Assembly (NCBI GenBank): GCA_964554115.1
Contig: CAZKMT010000002.1
Coordinates: forward strand, 26,629-90,628
Direction of reading: 5' to 3'
Source: an uncultured Prevotella sp.
Lineage (GTDB): Bacteria > Bacteroidota > Bacteroidia > Bacteroidales > Bacteroidaceae
DNA: 64,000 nucleotides
Made by a program: the position numbers and the translations under genes. The notes beneath the pieces were generated by a model, which searched no databases, was not told the origin of the DNA, and saw nothing but the letters and a program-made list of their open reading frames with translations. How positions within the stretch are numbered: the stretch's first letter is position 1; each line of letters begins with the position of its first letter. Shown here piece by piece: positions 1-9,863 of this stretch.

Positions 1-1
1 C

Positions 2-349
2 TTGAACATGCTGTTGCGCTGGGCAGAGAACGACCCTGTGAGCCAAAAGGAGATGGAGCGCAACGAAGCCGTGTGGCAATTGCAGGACAACCGCAACCCA
101 TTCGTTGACTACCCGGGGCTGGAACAGTATATCTGGGGCGACATGCAAGGCGTGGCCTTCAGCTATGACAACTACGGTGACGCGGCATCACCGGACGGCA
201 TCATCGCCATTGAGGTCTCGCCTGCTACCGTCAGCGTGTACACCATCACGGGAACGCTCGTGCGCAGCAACACCGAAAAGGCTGCCGCGCTGCGCGGGCT
301 GCCCAAGGGAATATACGTGGTTGGCAGCCGCAAGTATGTGGTAAAGTGA
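2..349 (+). CDS. 3' part of a secreted endonuclease I-family nuclease with T9SS-type C-terminal domain (truncated by window start)
   Basis: LLRWAENDPVSQKEMERNEAVWQLQDNRNPFVDYP matches the endonuclease I family C-terminal motif; ends in a CTD-like VYTITG...LPKGIYVVGSRKYVVK. Confidence 0.8.
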   Translation: MNMLLRWAENDPVSQKEMERNEAVWQLQDNRNPFVDYPGLEQYIWGDMQGVAFSYDNYGDAASPDGIIAIEVSPATVSVYTITGTLVRSNTEKAAALRGLPKGIYVVGSRKYVVK

Positions 350-457
350 GGCTTGAGCCGCCATGCCAGGCGCGGGTTGCACCGCAACGCGGCATTTTGC
401 GGCGGCAACACTTGCACAATTGAAAACAAAAGGGTATTTTTGCAAATGCAAAAGCCA

Positions 458-1738
458 ATGAGCGACAAGATGAAGATATTATTGTTAGGTAGCGGCGGGC
501 GCGAACACGCGCTCGCGTGGAAAATAGCGCAAAGCCCGAAAGTGGACAGGCTGTTCATCGCGCCGGGCAATGCGGGCACGGCCGACTGCGGCGAAAACGT
601 GCAGATAGGTGTCAACGAGTTCGACAAGCTGAAAGACTTCGCGGCAGAAAATGGCATAGACATGGTTGTGGTAGGTCCCGAAGACCCGCTTGTGAGAGGC
701 ATATACGATGACTTCAAGGCCGATGTCCGCACAGCCGGAATACCCGTGATAGGGCCGTCGAAAGCCGGAGCCGTGCTCGAAGGCTCCAAGGACTTCGCAA
801 AGGAATTTATGGAGCGTCACCACATTCCCACCGCACGCCACCGCACGTTCGACAGCAATACGCTTGACGAGGGCCTGGCGTATCTCGACACGCTGCACGC
901 CCCTTACGTGCTGAAAGCCGACGGACTGTGCGCCGGCAAGGGCGTTCTGATACTGCCAACGGTCGAGGAAGCCAAACGGGAGTTGCGCGAGATGCTTGGC
1001 GGCATGTTCGGAGGAGCTTCTGCCCGCGTGGTGATAGAGGAGTACCTCAGCGGCATTGAGTGCTCGGTGTTTGTCATCACAGACGGGCGGCACTACAAGA
1101 TACTGCCTGAAGCCAAGGACTACAAACGCATAGGTGAGCACGACACAGGCCTGAACACGGGCGGCATGGGCAGCGTAAGCCCCGTGCCTTTTGCCACGGA
1201 AGAATGGATGCGCAAGGTGGAAGACCGCATAATACGCCCCACCGTCGACGGACTTGCCGAGGAGAACATAGACTACAAGGGATTCATCTTCTTCGGATTG
1301 ATTGATGTCAATGGCAATCCCATGGTGATAGAGTACAACTGCCGCATGGGCGACCCGGAGACGGAGACCGTGATGTTGCGCCTCAAGAGTGACATAGTAG
1401 ACCTGTTTGAGGGCGTGGCGGCAGGCGACCTCGACAAACGCACGATAGAGTTCGACCCGCGCGCCGCAGTCTGTGTCATGATGGTTAGCGGCGGTTATCC
1501 GCAGCACTATGCCAAGGGCTACCCGATAACGGGCATAGACAGCGTGGAAGACAGCATCGTGTTCCACGCCGGAACGACCGTCGCAGACGGGCGCGTGGTA
1601 ACGGATGGCGGGCGCGTGATTGCCGTCAGCTCCTACGGAAAGGACAAAGACGAGGCGTTGCGCAAATCGTTTGTTGGAGCGCAGAAGATAGAGTTCACCG
1701 GCAAATATTTCCGCCGCGACATAGGGCAGGACTTATAA
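458..1738 (+). CDS. purD: Phosphoribosylamine-glycine ligase (start at 458 or 470, not 353)
   Basis: [58 protein letters not shown]. Confidence 0.97.
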   Translation: MSDKMKILLLGSGGREHALAWKIAQSPKVDRLFIAPGNAGTADCGENVQIGVNEFDKLKDFAAENGIDMVVVGPEDPLVRGIYDDFKADVRTAGIPVIGPSKAGAVLEGSKDFAKEFMERHHIPTARHRTFDSNTLDEGLAYLDTLHAPYVLKADGLCAGKGVLILPTVEEAKRELREMLGGMFGGASARVVIEEYLSGIECSVFVITDGRHYKILPEAKDYKRIGEHDTGLNTGGMGSVSPVPFATEEWMRKVEDRIIRPTVDGLAEENIDYKGFIFFGLIDVNGNPMVIEYNCRMGDPETETVMLRLKSDIVDLFEGVAAGDLDKRTIEFDPRAAVCVMMVSGGYPQHYAKGYPITGIDSVEDSIVFHAGTTVADGRVVTDGGRVIAVSSYGKDKDEALRKSFVGAQKIEFTGKYFRRDIGQDL

Positions 1739-1754
1739 CGCGGCGAAAGTAGGG

Positions 1755-2699
1755 ATGGCGAAGGCACGACGACTACAGAAGATGGTGGCCGGCAGTCGCA
1801 TGACGCTGCCTGTCACGGTTGTTTTTGCCGTGATAGTGTGGATGGCATGTGGCTTGTTGCAGGGCGGGATGTGGGTGCAGTTGACATGCTTCGTGGTTTC
1901 GGTCTGGCTCATGGGAGTTCTCAGCAACGGCAATGCACTCATCAGAATCTACAGCAGCTTGGTGTCGAGTGCGTTTGTGGCCATCTCGTGCTCGGCCTGC
2001 TTTTTGTTCGATTCGGTGCGGGGCACAGCCACCGGGATGTTTGCCATACTGTCATTGGTGGTGCTTTTCACCACGTATCAGAATCGTTCGTCTGCCGGTT
2101 CCACGTTCTATGCATTCCTTTCCATCGGGATTGGCAGCCTGTTTTGTGCCACATTACTTTATTATGTTCCCGTGGCATGGCTGCTGATGGCGACGTTCCT
2201 CCGCTCGTTGGGGTGGCGGACGCTTGCCGCTTCGGTGTTCGGCGTGTGCCTGCCATATTGGTTTGCCTGCGCCGTCATGGTATATACGGAAAACTTCGGG
2301 CTTCTTGCAGCCCATCTGTCCGCAATGGCCTCTCCCGGCTCTTTGTGCCATTATGACGGGTTGCCGGCGGGCCGATGCGCTGCCTTCGCGTTCATCTTGC
2401 TGCTTGGCATCACCGGAACCATACACTACCAACGTCGTAGCATTGACGACAAGATACGCACCCGGATGTATTACAAGTGCCTCATGACATTGTTTTGGAT
2501 AGCGTCAGCACATGCCGTATTGCTGCCGCAACACATTGATGTGGCTCTGCGCATGATGGTAGTTGGAGCGAGTCCGCTCATAGCCCATTTCCTTGCCCTC
2601 ACCGACACGCGGCTCACCAACGCCGCCTTTTGCGCCATTATCGTGGCAACACTGTCCTTAACGGCTTTCAACCTATGGATGCCTTCAATGATATTCTGA
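1755..2699 (+). CDS. Multi-pass membrane protein of unknown function (DUF6427-like from recall)
   Basis: About 9 hydrophobic segments; sits in the purD-yqaA-Zn ABC gene run typical of Bacteroidales. Confidence 0.65.
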   Translation: MAKARRLQKMVAGSRMTLPVTVVFAVIVWMACGLLQGGMWVQLTCFVVSVWLMGVLSNGNALIRIYSSLVSSAFVAISCSACFLFDSVRGTATGMFAILSLVVLFTTYQNRSSAGSTFYAFLSIGIGSLFCATLLYYVPVAWLLMATFLRSLGWRTLAASVFGVCLPYWFACAVMVYTENFGLLAAHLSAMASPGSLCHYDGLPAGRCAAFAFILLLGITGTIHYQRRSIDDKIRTRMYYKCLMTLFWIASAHAVLLPQHIDVALRMMVVGASPLIAHFLALTDTRLTNAAFCAIIVATLSLTAFNLWMPSMIF

Positions 2700-3127
2700 T
2701 AAACTACGGCTATTGGGGATTGCTCCTCGCGTCGTTTCTCGCCGCCAGCCTGCTGCCGTTTAGCAGCGAGGTGGTGATGGTGGGACTACTGGCAGCCGGT
2801 CTCGACCCCGTGGGGCTGATTGCCTATGGCACTGTTGGCAACGTGGCCGGCAGCATGTTCAATTATGGCATAGGACGCCTTGGCAAACCGGAGTGGATAG
2901 AACGCTACCTGCACGTGAAGAAACACGACCTCGAGCGGGCCAAACGCTTCATGGCGGGGCATGGCGCGTGGATGGGCTTTTTCGCGTTTGTGCCCGTGAT
3001 AGGCGATGCCATAACCGTGGCCTTGGGCCTGTTGCGCGCCAATGTGGTCGTGACGGCATTATCCGTTACAGTGGGCAAGCTGCTTCGTTACTTCGTCTTA
3101 ATTTACGGGGCGGAACTGATATTGTAA
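2675..3127 (+). CDS. YqaA/DedA (VTT) family membrane protein
   Basis: GYWGLLLASFLAASLLPFSSEVV, GNVAGSMFNYGIG, FVPVIGDAITVALG; start 2675 overlaps the upstream stop region. Confidence 0.88.
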   Translation: MDAFNDILINYGYWGLLLASFLAASLLPFSSEVVMVGLLAAGLDPVGLIAYGTVGNVAGSMFNYGIGRLGKPEWIERYLHVKKHDLERAKRFMAGHGAWMGFFAFVPVIGDAITVALGLLRANVVVTALSVTVGKLLRYFVLIYGAELIL

Positions 3128-3131
3128 GAAA

Positions 3132-3971
3132 ATGGACATTAAGAAGACACTATACCTCGCGTTGCTGGTGGCTACACTTACGGGCTGCGCCAATGAAACC
3201 GACCGCAGACCCACGGTGATGGTGACCATTGAGCCACTGCGATACTTCGCCGAACAGATTGGCGGCGACCGCTTCAGGGTGGTGACCATGGTTCCCAAAG
3301 GCATCAGCCCGGAAACTTATGAGCCTACGGCGCAGCAGATGGCAGCCATGGCGCACAGCGAACTCTACATAAAGGCAGGCTCGCTTGGCTTTGAACGCAC
3401 ATGGGCAGACCGCCTGGAGGCCAATGCCCGCCACTTGATGACAGTCGACACGTCGGAGGGTATAGAGCCGGTGCGCGGCTCAACTGACGCTTATGCCGAC
3501 CCGCACACGTGGACATCGCCAAACAACGCCATTGTGATTGCCCGCAACATCTATCGTGCCATGGCGCGCGTCAGTATCAAAGACACTGCCTATTTCCGCG
3601 CGAACTTGGATTCGCTGGAGATAAAAATAATGGACACCCACGCGGCGATAAGCCGAATGATGGATGAAGCGCACCACCGGTCGTTCGTAATCTACCACCC
3701 GGCACTGACCTATTTTGCCCGCGACTACAACATAGAGCAGTTGCCTATGGAAGTGAATGGCCGCGAGCCGTCGCCCGCCTCGCTCAAGCAACTGATCGAC
3801 GCTGCGCGCCAGAAAGGCACAAAACTGATGTTCGTACAGGCCGAATACAGCAACCGCAACACGGAAATCGTGGCTCAGGCCATAGGAGCAAGAACGGTGG
3901 AGATAAATCCGTTGAGCTACGACTGGCAGGCGGAATTGATGGACATAGCCACTGCCCTATGCTCGGACTGA
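3132..3971 (+). CDS. znuA: Zn/Mn ABC transporter substrate-binding lipoprotein
   Basis: Lipobox LTGC; VMVTIEP, PETYEPT, DPHTWTSP, YHPALTYFA. Confidence 0.88.
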   Translation: MDIKKTLYLALLVATLTGCANETDRRPTVMVTIEPLRYFAEQIGGDRFRVVTMVPKGISPETYEPTAQQMAAMAHSELYIKAGSLGFERTWADRLEANARHLMTVDTSEGIEPVRGSTDAYADPHTWTSPNNAIVIARNIYRAMARVSIKDTAYFRANLDSLEIKIMDTHAAISRMMDEAHHRSFVIYHPALTYFARDYNIEQLPMEVNGREPSPASLKQLIDAARQKGTKLMFVQAEYSNRNTEIVAQAIGARTVEINPLSYDWQAELMDIATALCSD

Positions 3972-4612
3972 TACGTCTCGACAATGTGACGGCGGGCTAC
4001 GACGGCCGTCCTCAGATACGCAACATAAGCCTTGAGGTGGCGGGTGGCTCTTTCTTAGGCATTACAGGTCCCAACGGTGGAGGCAAGACCACATTGCTAC
4101 GCGTGCTTCTCGGACTGCTGAAGCCCATGGAGGGCACCGTGGCTTACTACCGCGATGGCCGTGCCGTAGCCAATCCGGCAATCGGCTACCTGCCTCAGCA
4201 TAACGCCATGGACAAAGACTTCCCCATTTCCGCAGGCGAGGTGGTGCTCTCGGGGCTGTGCACCAAGAAACGGCTCTTTGCCAGATTCACTGCCGCACAC
4301 CGCAACCACGCAACCGAGGCCATGCGCATTGCCGGGGTCGAAAGCTTGGCGCACCGCCCTATCAAGGCTCTCAGTGGCGGTCAGTTGCAGCGCGTGCTCA
4401 TGGCCAGGGCATTGGTGTCGCACCCCGAAGTGCTTGTGCTCGACGAACCGGACACGTATGTCGACACCCTCTTCAAGCAACAGATGCGTGACGTGCTCGA
4501 CCGTCTGCGGGGCAGCTGCACCATAATAATGGTGAGCCATGACACCGATTATTTGCACGTGGCTGCCGACAGCGTGGTGCAAATAGACGAAACGCTTACT
4601 CCATTGCGGTGA
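3959..4612 (+). CDS. znuC: Metal ABC transporter ATP-binding protein
   Basis: Walker A GPNGGGKT, LSGGQLQR, Walker B VLDEP, H-loop VSHD; overlaps znuA end. Confidence 0.88.
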   Translation: MLGLIRLDNVTAGYDGRPQIRNISLEVAGGSFLGITGPNGGGKTTLLRVLLGLLKPMEGTVAYYRDGRAVANPAIGYLPQHNAMDKDFPISAGEVVLSGLCTKKRLFARFTAAHRNHATEAMRIAGVESLAHRPIKALSGGQLQRVLMARALVSHPEVLVLDEPDTYVDTLFKQQMRDVLDRLRGSCTIIMVSHDTDYLHVAADSVVQIDETLTPLR

Positions 4613-4733
4613 GCAAGGAATCCGGCAAAGCGAAACTCTTTACGGAAATTGGCTTCGGGACAGCATATAGCGGTGCAACAAACCCGCAAGCGAACAAATA
4701 ACGAAAGCCCGATATAAACAAAACATAGAAGTT

Positions 4734-4774
4734 GCCTGCCATTGATAACTCCCGCCAACGGCAGGCTTCTTTTC
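4734..4774 (+). terminator. Possible intrinsic terminator between convergent znuC and DUF4293 genes
   Basis: GCCTGCC(4734-4740)...GGCAGGC(4760-4766) then TTCTTTTC; loop is long. Confidence 0.4.
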
Positions 4775-4906
4775 AAAGAAGCAGTAATCTGCATTGACCG
4801 GAGAGCGCATTGGCAATGAAATTGTTGAATGTGCGGTATCCGAAATGCTCCGCGACAGCACCATCCGACACAAGCGACAGGCGCATCACAACCATGCCGC
4901 AATCCC

Positions 4907-5374
4907 TCACCTTATCCGGTCTGCCGCTCTGACCAGCTTCTCATCCGCCCTTATGGAACGCATTGCCATGAAGTAAAAGATGATGGAGACCAACGGCAAC
5001 ACCGCCGTCAAGTGCGGAGTGAACGATGCGGCATCAAGCCAAGATGGCTTTGCAAGCGCAAAAATGGCGTAACAGACATACCACGCCACTGCCATGACCA
5101 CGCAAAAAGAGCCGATACGCAATTGCAAATGGCGGTTGGCATACTTGAAAATGTCATAGATGGCCATCGCCGCCGACAATAGGAGCACGGCAAACATCGG
5201 CCACACACCGAAGCTGTACCCTCCCGCATCCGCCCCATGGGGAGCTATGAACAGGTTATACTCCCTGGCAACCACCATTCCGTCGGCAGAATATGTTCCG
5301 ATGGGCAGGCACAGGCAGACTATGGAGGCTATCGCAGCAACAAGCAAATAAACGGTTTGTATGCGCTGTATCAT
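4907..5374 (-). CDS. DUF4293 family membrane protein
   Basis: MIQRIQTVYLL start and DEKLVRAADRIR end typical of the family; downstream of rpoZ. Confidence 0.88.
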   Translation of the reverse strand: MIQRIQTVYLLVAAIASIVCLCLPIGTYSADGMVVAREYNLFIAPHGADAGGYSFGVWPMFAVLLLSAAMAIYDIFKYANRHLQLRIGSFCVVMAVAWYVCYAIFALAKPSWLDAASFTPHLTAVLPLVSIIFYFMAMRSIRADEKLVRAADRIR

Positions 5375-5388
5375 GGCAATGGAGAGGT

Positions 5389-5733
5389 TTATTTCATTTC
5401 GTCAGCCAGCTGGCCGTCCTTTGCCGGGTCTCTCCAATATATCTTTTTCTCAACGAACTCTTGCGTGGCAAGCAATGTGGGCTTGGGCAATTTCTCGTAG
5501 TAACGCGAAATCTCTATCTGCTCACGGTTCTCAAACACCTCTTCCAAACTGTCGTTATACGAAGCGAACTCAGCCAACTTCTTGCTCAAGTCTTCCTTGA
5601 TTTGAACAGAAATCTGGTTTGCGCGCTTGGAAATGATGGCCACACTCTCGTAGATATTGCCTGTATCATCGCACAAATCCATGATGTTGCGCGTCACGGT
5701 GTTGACCGGAGCCTTTGATTTCTTGTAATCCAT
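5389..5733 (-). CDS. rpoZ: RNA polymerase omega subunit (Bacteroidetes type)
   Basis: MDYKKSKAPVNTVTR...TGNIYESVAIISKRANQI...EISRYYEKLPKPTL; bamD-rpoZ-DUF4293 synteny. Confidence 0.9.
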   Translation of the reverse strand: MDYKKSKAPVNTVTRNIMDLCDDTGNIYESVAIISKRANQISVQIKEDLSKKLAEFASYNDSLEEVFENREQIEISRYYEKLPKPTLLATQEFVEKKIYWRDPAKDGQLADEMK

Positions 5734-5774
5734 GCTACAATTGATATATGTGTTTGTATCTTTAAAAGTGAAAA

Positions 5775-6599
5775 TCACTCGCTGGTTATTTCCTTGCACT
5801 TCTTGATGTATTTCCTCGCCGTATCGGCTTCCTTGCTGTCGGGATATTCATTCAGGAAGCCATAGCATTCGTCTTCGGCGTCGCGATAGCGTTCCATACG
5901 CTTGTCCTCCACGCTCTGCTCCGCCAGTTCGAACTTGCTTTTCATTATGAGCACGGCAAAGTCTTCACGCATTGTGGTGTAAGGATAGGTGTCCAAGGCA
6001 CTCTGGGCAGTCACTATGCACGCCTCAAAGTTCGAGCCTCCGCTTGTGCAATTGCCGAAATAGTCGCCAAGGTCATAGTAGAGTTTGGCCGAAAGATATT
6101 CCTTCATCACCAGCTTGTCCTGCAAATCAAACAAACGCTGCTGTGCAATCGGGCGCAGGCTTGACTCGGGATACAGGTCGAGAAACTCTTGGAAAGCATT
6201 TATCGCACCGATGGTCGGAGTCTGGTCAAGGCGCGGTTCGGGGGTGCTCCGGTAGAGAGCCTGCCCAATGTAATAAGATGCCTGCTCCGCGTAGATGCCC
6301 TTTGGATATGACGAATGGTATTTCCTGAAAGTGGCAGAGGCACTCTCGTAATCACGGCTGCTGAACTCCGCCATTCCCAGCATGTAAAGACATTCCTCTC
6401 CGCTGTCCGTTCCCTTCATGATGGTTACAAGCTCCCTGAGCAACGACTCGGCTTGAGTGAACTTGCCCCGGGCAAAGCACTCTTTCGCGTACTCATATTT
6501 ATAGCTGTAATCAGACGACTTGTAAACTCGGTTGAACTCTGTGGAGCAACCACAGCTTAGAGCCGCAATGCATAACATGATGGATATCCTTATGTTCAT
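5775..6599 (-). CDS. bamD: Outer-membrane assembly lipoprotein BamD
   Basis: Lipobox, TPR-like helices, SPEPRLDQ-like TPEPRLDQTPT, AKLYYDLG. Confidence 0.9.
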   Translation of the reverse strand: MNIRISIMLCIAALSCGCSTEFNRVYKSSDYSYKYEYAKECFARGKFTQAESLLRELVTIMKGTDSGEECLYMLGMAEFSSRDYESASATFRKYHSSYPKGIYAEQASYYIGQALYRSTPEPRLDQTPTIGAINAFQEFLDLYPESSLRPIAQQRLFDLQDKLVMKEYLSAKLYYDLGDYFGNCTSGGSNFEACIVTAQSALDTYPYTTMREDFAVLIMKSKFELAEQSVEDKRMERYRDAEDECYGFLNEYPDSKEADTARKYIKKCKEITSE

Positions 6600-6618
6600 T
6601 GATTGCTCTTTTGGATTG

Positions 6619-6626
6619 CAAAAGTA
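6619..6626 (-). promoter_or_regulatory. Bacteroidetes -7 promoter element for bamD operon
   Basis: CAAAAGTA = TACTTTTG on minus strand, about 20 nt upstream of the ATG. Confidence 0.65.
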
Positions 6627-6711
6627 GTCATTTTCCCAAAATATCCAAATTATTTCGTCCTCTTTTTATGAAAAGGCGCGCCAATATAACGTTTGTTACG
6701 ATGAAAATGAT

Positions 6712-6719
6712 TACTTTTG
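6712..6719 (+). promoter_or_regulatory. -7 promoter element for uvrB
   Basis: TACTTTTG ending 7 nt before ATG 6726. Confidence 0.65.
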
Positions 6720-6725
6720 CCCGCC

Positions 6726-8759
6726 ATGAGCGACTTTAAGCTTACGTCGAGATATATGCCGACCGGCGACCAACCGGAGGCAATAAAGGAACTGGTGGAC
6801 GGACTGAAGCGGGATGTCGGGGCGCAGGTGCTTCTCGGTGTCACGGGATCCGGCAAGACGTTCACCATGGCCAATGTCATCGCAAGCATCAACCGCCCCA
6901 CCCTGATTCTCAGCCACAACAAGACGCTTGCCGCGCAACTGTACGAGGAAATGAAAGGCTTCTTTCCCGACAACGCGGTGGAATATTACGTAAGTTACTA
7001 CGACTACTATCAGCCGGAGGCTTACATACCAAGCACCGACACATACATAGAGAAAGACTTAGCCATAAACGAAGAGATAGACAAACTGCGGTTGCGCGCC
7101 GTGTCATCGCTGCTGTCGGGACGAAACGACGTGATTGTGGTGTCTTCGGTGAGCTGCATATATGGCATGGGCAGCCCCGTTGCGCTCTCGGAAAACGTAA
7201 TCGAGCTGTGCAGGGGGCAGAGCATGGACAGGAATGCCCTGCTCAGAAGACTGGTGCAAGCGCTGTATGTGCGCAATGACATAGACCTGCAACGCGGAGC
7301 CTTCAGGGTCAAGGGCGACACGATAGACATTGCCCTCGCTTACAGTGAGGCCGTCTTGCGGATTACGTTTTGGGACGATGAGATAGACGGCATAGAAGAG
7401 CGTGACGCCGTGACGCTCGACCGCCTTGCCACATTCGACGAGTACAAGCTCTATCCCGCCAACCTTTTCATGACCACACAGGAGCAGACAAACGTGGCCA
7501 TACGCAACATCCAAGACGACCTCGTGAAGCAAGTGGCCTACTTCACAGACATGGGCGACGCCATCAAGGCGCAACGGATAAAGGAACGGGTAGAGTACGA
7601 CATGGAGATGATTAAAGAACTGGGCCACTGCTCGGGCATAGAGAACTACTCACGCTATTTTGACGGACGCCGGCCCGGAGAGCGGCCATATTGCCTGCTC
7701 GACTTTTTCCCAAATGACTATCTCATGTTCATCGACGAAAGCCATGTGAGCGTACCGCAAATCAGTGCCATGTATGGAGGCGACAAGGCAAGAAAGACGA
7801 ACCTCGTGGAGTTCGGGTTCCGCCTGCCGGCGGCCTTCGACAACCGCCCGCTGACGTTCGACGAGTTCCACAGCATGACGCACCAAGTGATATATGTGTC
7901 GGCAACGCCTGCCGATTACGAACTGCGAGAGGCTGAGGGCGTGGTGGTGGAGCAAGTCATCCGCCCCACGGGACTGCTCGACCCGGAAATTGAAGTGAGG
8001 CCGAGCGAGAACCAGATAGACGACTTGATGGAGGAGATACAGCTGCGCATGACGCGGAAGGAGCGCGTGCTCGTGACCACACTGACAAAGCGCATGGCCG
8101 AGGAGCTGACGGAATACCTGCTCAACCACGACATCAGCACGGCCTACATACACAGCGACGTGGCCACACTGGACCGCGTGAGAATACTGACCGAGCTGCG
8201 CGAGGGTAAGTACGACGTGTTAGTGGGCGTCAACCTGCTGCGCGAGGGGCTCGACCTGCCCGAGGTGTCGCTCGTGGCCATCCTCGACGCCGACAAGGAG
8301 GGATTCTTACGCAGCCACCGCAGCCTGACGCAAACGGCCGGCCGAGCCGCACGCAACGTAAACGGCAAGGTGATAATGTATGCCGACACCATAACCGCCA
8401 GTATGCAACAGACCATCGACGAGACTTCGAGGCGCAGGATAAAACAGATGCAATACAACGAGGCCCACGGCATAACGCCCACTCAAATCAGGAAATCACT
8501 GAAGTCGAACACACTGGTGGCCAACGACGGAGCGGAAAGCACTGAGGCAAAGACAATAAGAATGGTTTACACAGACCCTGACGAGGGAGCCTTCGCCGCC
8601 GACCCCATAGTGGCACGAATGACGAGGCCGCAATTGGAAAAGAGCATCGCCAACACCACAAAGCTGATGAAAGAGGCCGCAAAGCGGCTTGACTTCATTC
8701 AAGCCGCGCAATACAGGGATGAGATAATAAGGCTCCAGAAGGAACTGGAACTGAAGTAA
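6726..8759 (+). CDS. uvrB: Excinuclease ABC subunit B
   Basis: LLGVTGSGKTFT, HNKTLAAQLY, YYDYYQPEAY, DESH, NLLREGLD, C-terminal UVR helices. Confidence 0.98.
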   Translation: MSDFKLTSRYMPTGDQPEAIKELVDGLKRDVGAQVLLGVTGSGKTFTMANVIASINRPTLILSHNKTLAAQLYEEMKGFFPDNAVEYYVSYYDYYQPEAYIPSTDTYIEKDLAINEEIDKLRLRAVSSLLSGRNDVIVVSSVSCIYGMGSPVALSENVIELCRGQSMDRNALLRRLVQALYVRNDIDLQRGAFRVKGDTIDIALAYSEAVLRITFWDDEIDGIEERDAVTLDRLATFDEYKLYPANLFMTTQEQTNVAIRNIQDDLVKQVAYFTDMGDAIKAQRIKERVEYDMEMIKELGHCSGIENYSRYFDGRRPGERPYCLLDFFPNDYLMFIDESHVSVPQISAMYGGDKARKTNLVEFGFRLPAAFDNRPLTFDEFHSMTHQVIYVSATPADYELREAEGVVVEQVIRPTGLLDPEIEVRPSENQIDDLMEEIQLRMTRKERVLVTTLTKRMAEELTEYLLNHDISTAYIHSDVATLDRVRILTELREGKYDVLVGVNLLREGLDLPEVSLVAILDADKEGFLRSHRSLTQTAGRAARNVNGKVIMYADTITASMQQTIDETSRRRIKQMQYNEAHGITPTQIRKSLKSNTLVANDGAESTEAKTIRMVYTDPDEGAFAADPIVARMTRPQLEKSIANTTKLMKEAAKRLDFIQAAQYRDEIIRLQKELELK

Positions 8760-8923
8760 CCGGGCAAAAGCTCTCACGAACATCAGCAAAACGCCCATGC
8801 CACGGGCAAGCCTGCAAGGCCGCTTCTCTCACACCGGCTCGCCACATGCCATGATTAATATTTTTATGTTAAAGGCCGCCATCGAGCCGCTCTCACATAA
8901 CCATCTGGCAACCAACGCATTGC

Positions 8924-9033
8924 AAAATGTGTCGTTTTAGCCTGCAAAACGCCCCGTTTCAGAGCGCGAAACAGGCCGTTTTGGCTCGCGAAATGGCCTG
9001 TTTCGCGAGCCAAAACGGCACAAGCCGAAAATC
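8924..9033. repeat. 22-bp-period quasi-palindromic array, copy A
   Basis: Units AAAATGTGTCGTTTTAGCCTGC / AAAACGCCCCGTTTCAGAGCGC / GAAACAGGCCGTTTTGGCTCGC / GAAATGGCCTGTTTCGCGAGCC / AAAACGGCAC...; 19-bp perfect inverted repeat 8975-8993/9001-9019. Confidence 0.85.
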
Positions 9034-9185
9034 GGGTCGCGGCAGACCGTCGTTAGCTGCGTATTTGCATGTATGGGCAATCCGCTGACATTCATATAAA
9101 ACAATGTTAATCTGTGTAATCTGTTCCACTAATAATCGGATATTTTGTACTTTTGCCACAACAAACAAACAGTGTCTTTTTAGCT

Positions 9186-9794
9186 ATGATGAAGAAAATG
9201 ATTGCCATCGCAATGGCATTGCTACCCATAATACCCACCATGGCACAGAACTCATGGGAGACGGGAGAAGAGGGAGGAACAGAGGGAAATCCCGACCAGA
9301 AATACCTTGTCGGAGCGGTGCCGGTGGTCGACGGCATGGTTGAGTTCTCAACCGAAATAGAAGCTCCCGGCAAGAGTGCCGCCCAGATATACGGCATCCT
9401 GAAAGACTACATGACGCAACTTACGAAAGAAGAAAATCAATTTGAGCAAAGCAGGTTGGTCTTGCAAGATTCCGTAAACCATGAGCTGGGAGGCTCATAC
9501 CAGGAGTGGCTGGTATTCAAGAGAAAGGCTCTCGTGCTCGACCGCACACGATTCATGTACACATTGCTGGCCGAATGCGAGGACGGCAAGGCCACCGTAA
9601 CGATGCGGCGCATATATTATTTCTATGACGAGGAGCGCAACCCGCAGACACTGAAAGCCGAAGAATGGATTACCGACGAGTACGGACTGAAGAAAAACAA
9701 GCAAAGTCTGTCGAGGGTCAGCGGCAAATTCCGTCGCAAGACTATCGACAGGAAAGACTATCTCTTCAAGAAGATGTCCGACATCCTGAACTGA
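9186..9794 (+). CDS. Secreted protein, DUF4468-like (START/TBP-like fold)
   Basis: Signal peptide ...PTMA|QNS; YLVGAVPVVDG, AEEWITDEYGL, KFRRKTID; -7 element TACTTTTG at 9148-9155. Confidence 0.75.
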   Translation: MMKKMIAIAMALLPIIPTMAQNSWETGEEGGTEGNPDQKYLVGAVPVVDGMVEFSTEIEAPGKSAAQIYGILKDYMTQLTKEENQFEQSRLVLQDSVNHELGGSYQEWLVFKRKALVLDRTRFMYTLLAECEDGKATVTMRRIYYFYDEERNPQTLKAEEWITDEYGLKKNKQSLSRVSGKFRRKTIDRKDYLFKKMSDILN

Positions 9795-9863
9795 CCACAG
9801 GCGCGCATCGCCCCGTCACGCGCATCCAAAAGCATGTCCATCCACAGACACATAAGCACATAA

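Noticed and set aside
353-457. N-terminal extensions in the ORF track (purD, rpoZ, ATP-grasp, aminopeptidase, obgE, ABC exporter, nadK, LRR gene)
   Set aside because: Family-typical starts and -7 elements indicate later start codons.
8771-8897. Three CTCTCAC direct repeats after uvrB
   Set aside because: Short, irregularly spaced and not seen in other intergenic regions.
8924-9033. 22-bp arrays as mini-CRISPR
   Set aside because: Variable parts are only 5-7 nt, repeats are degenerate and there are no cas genes.
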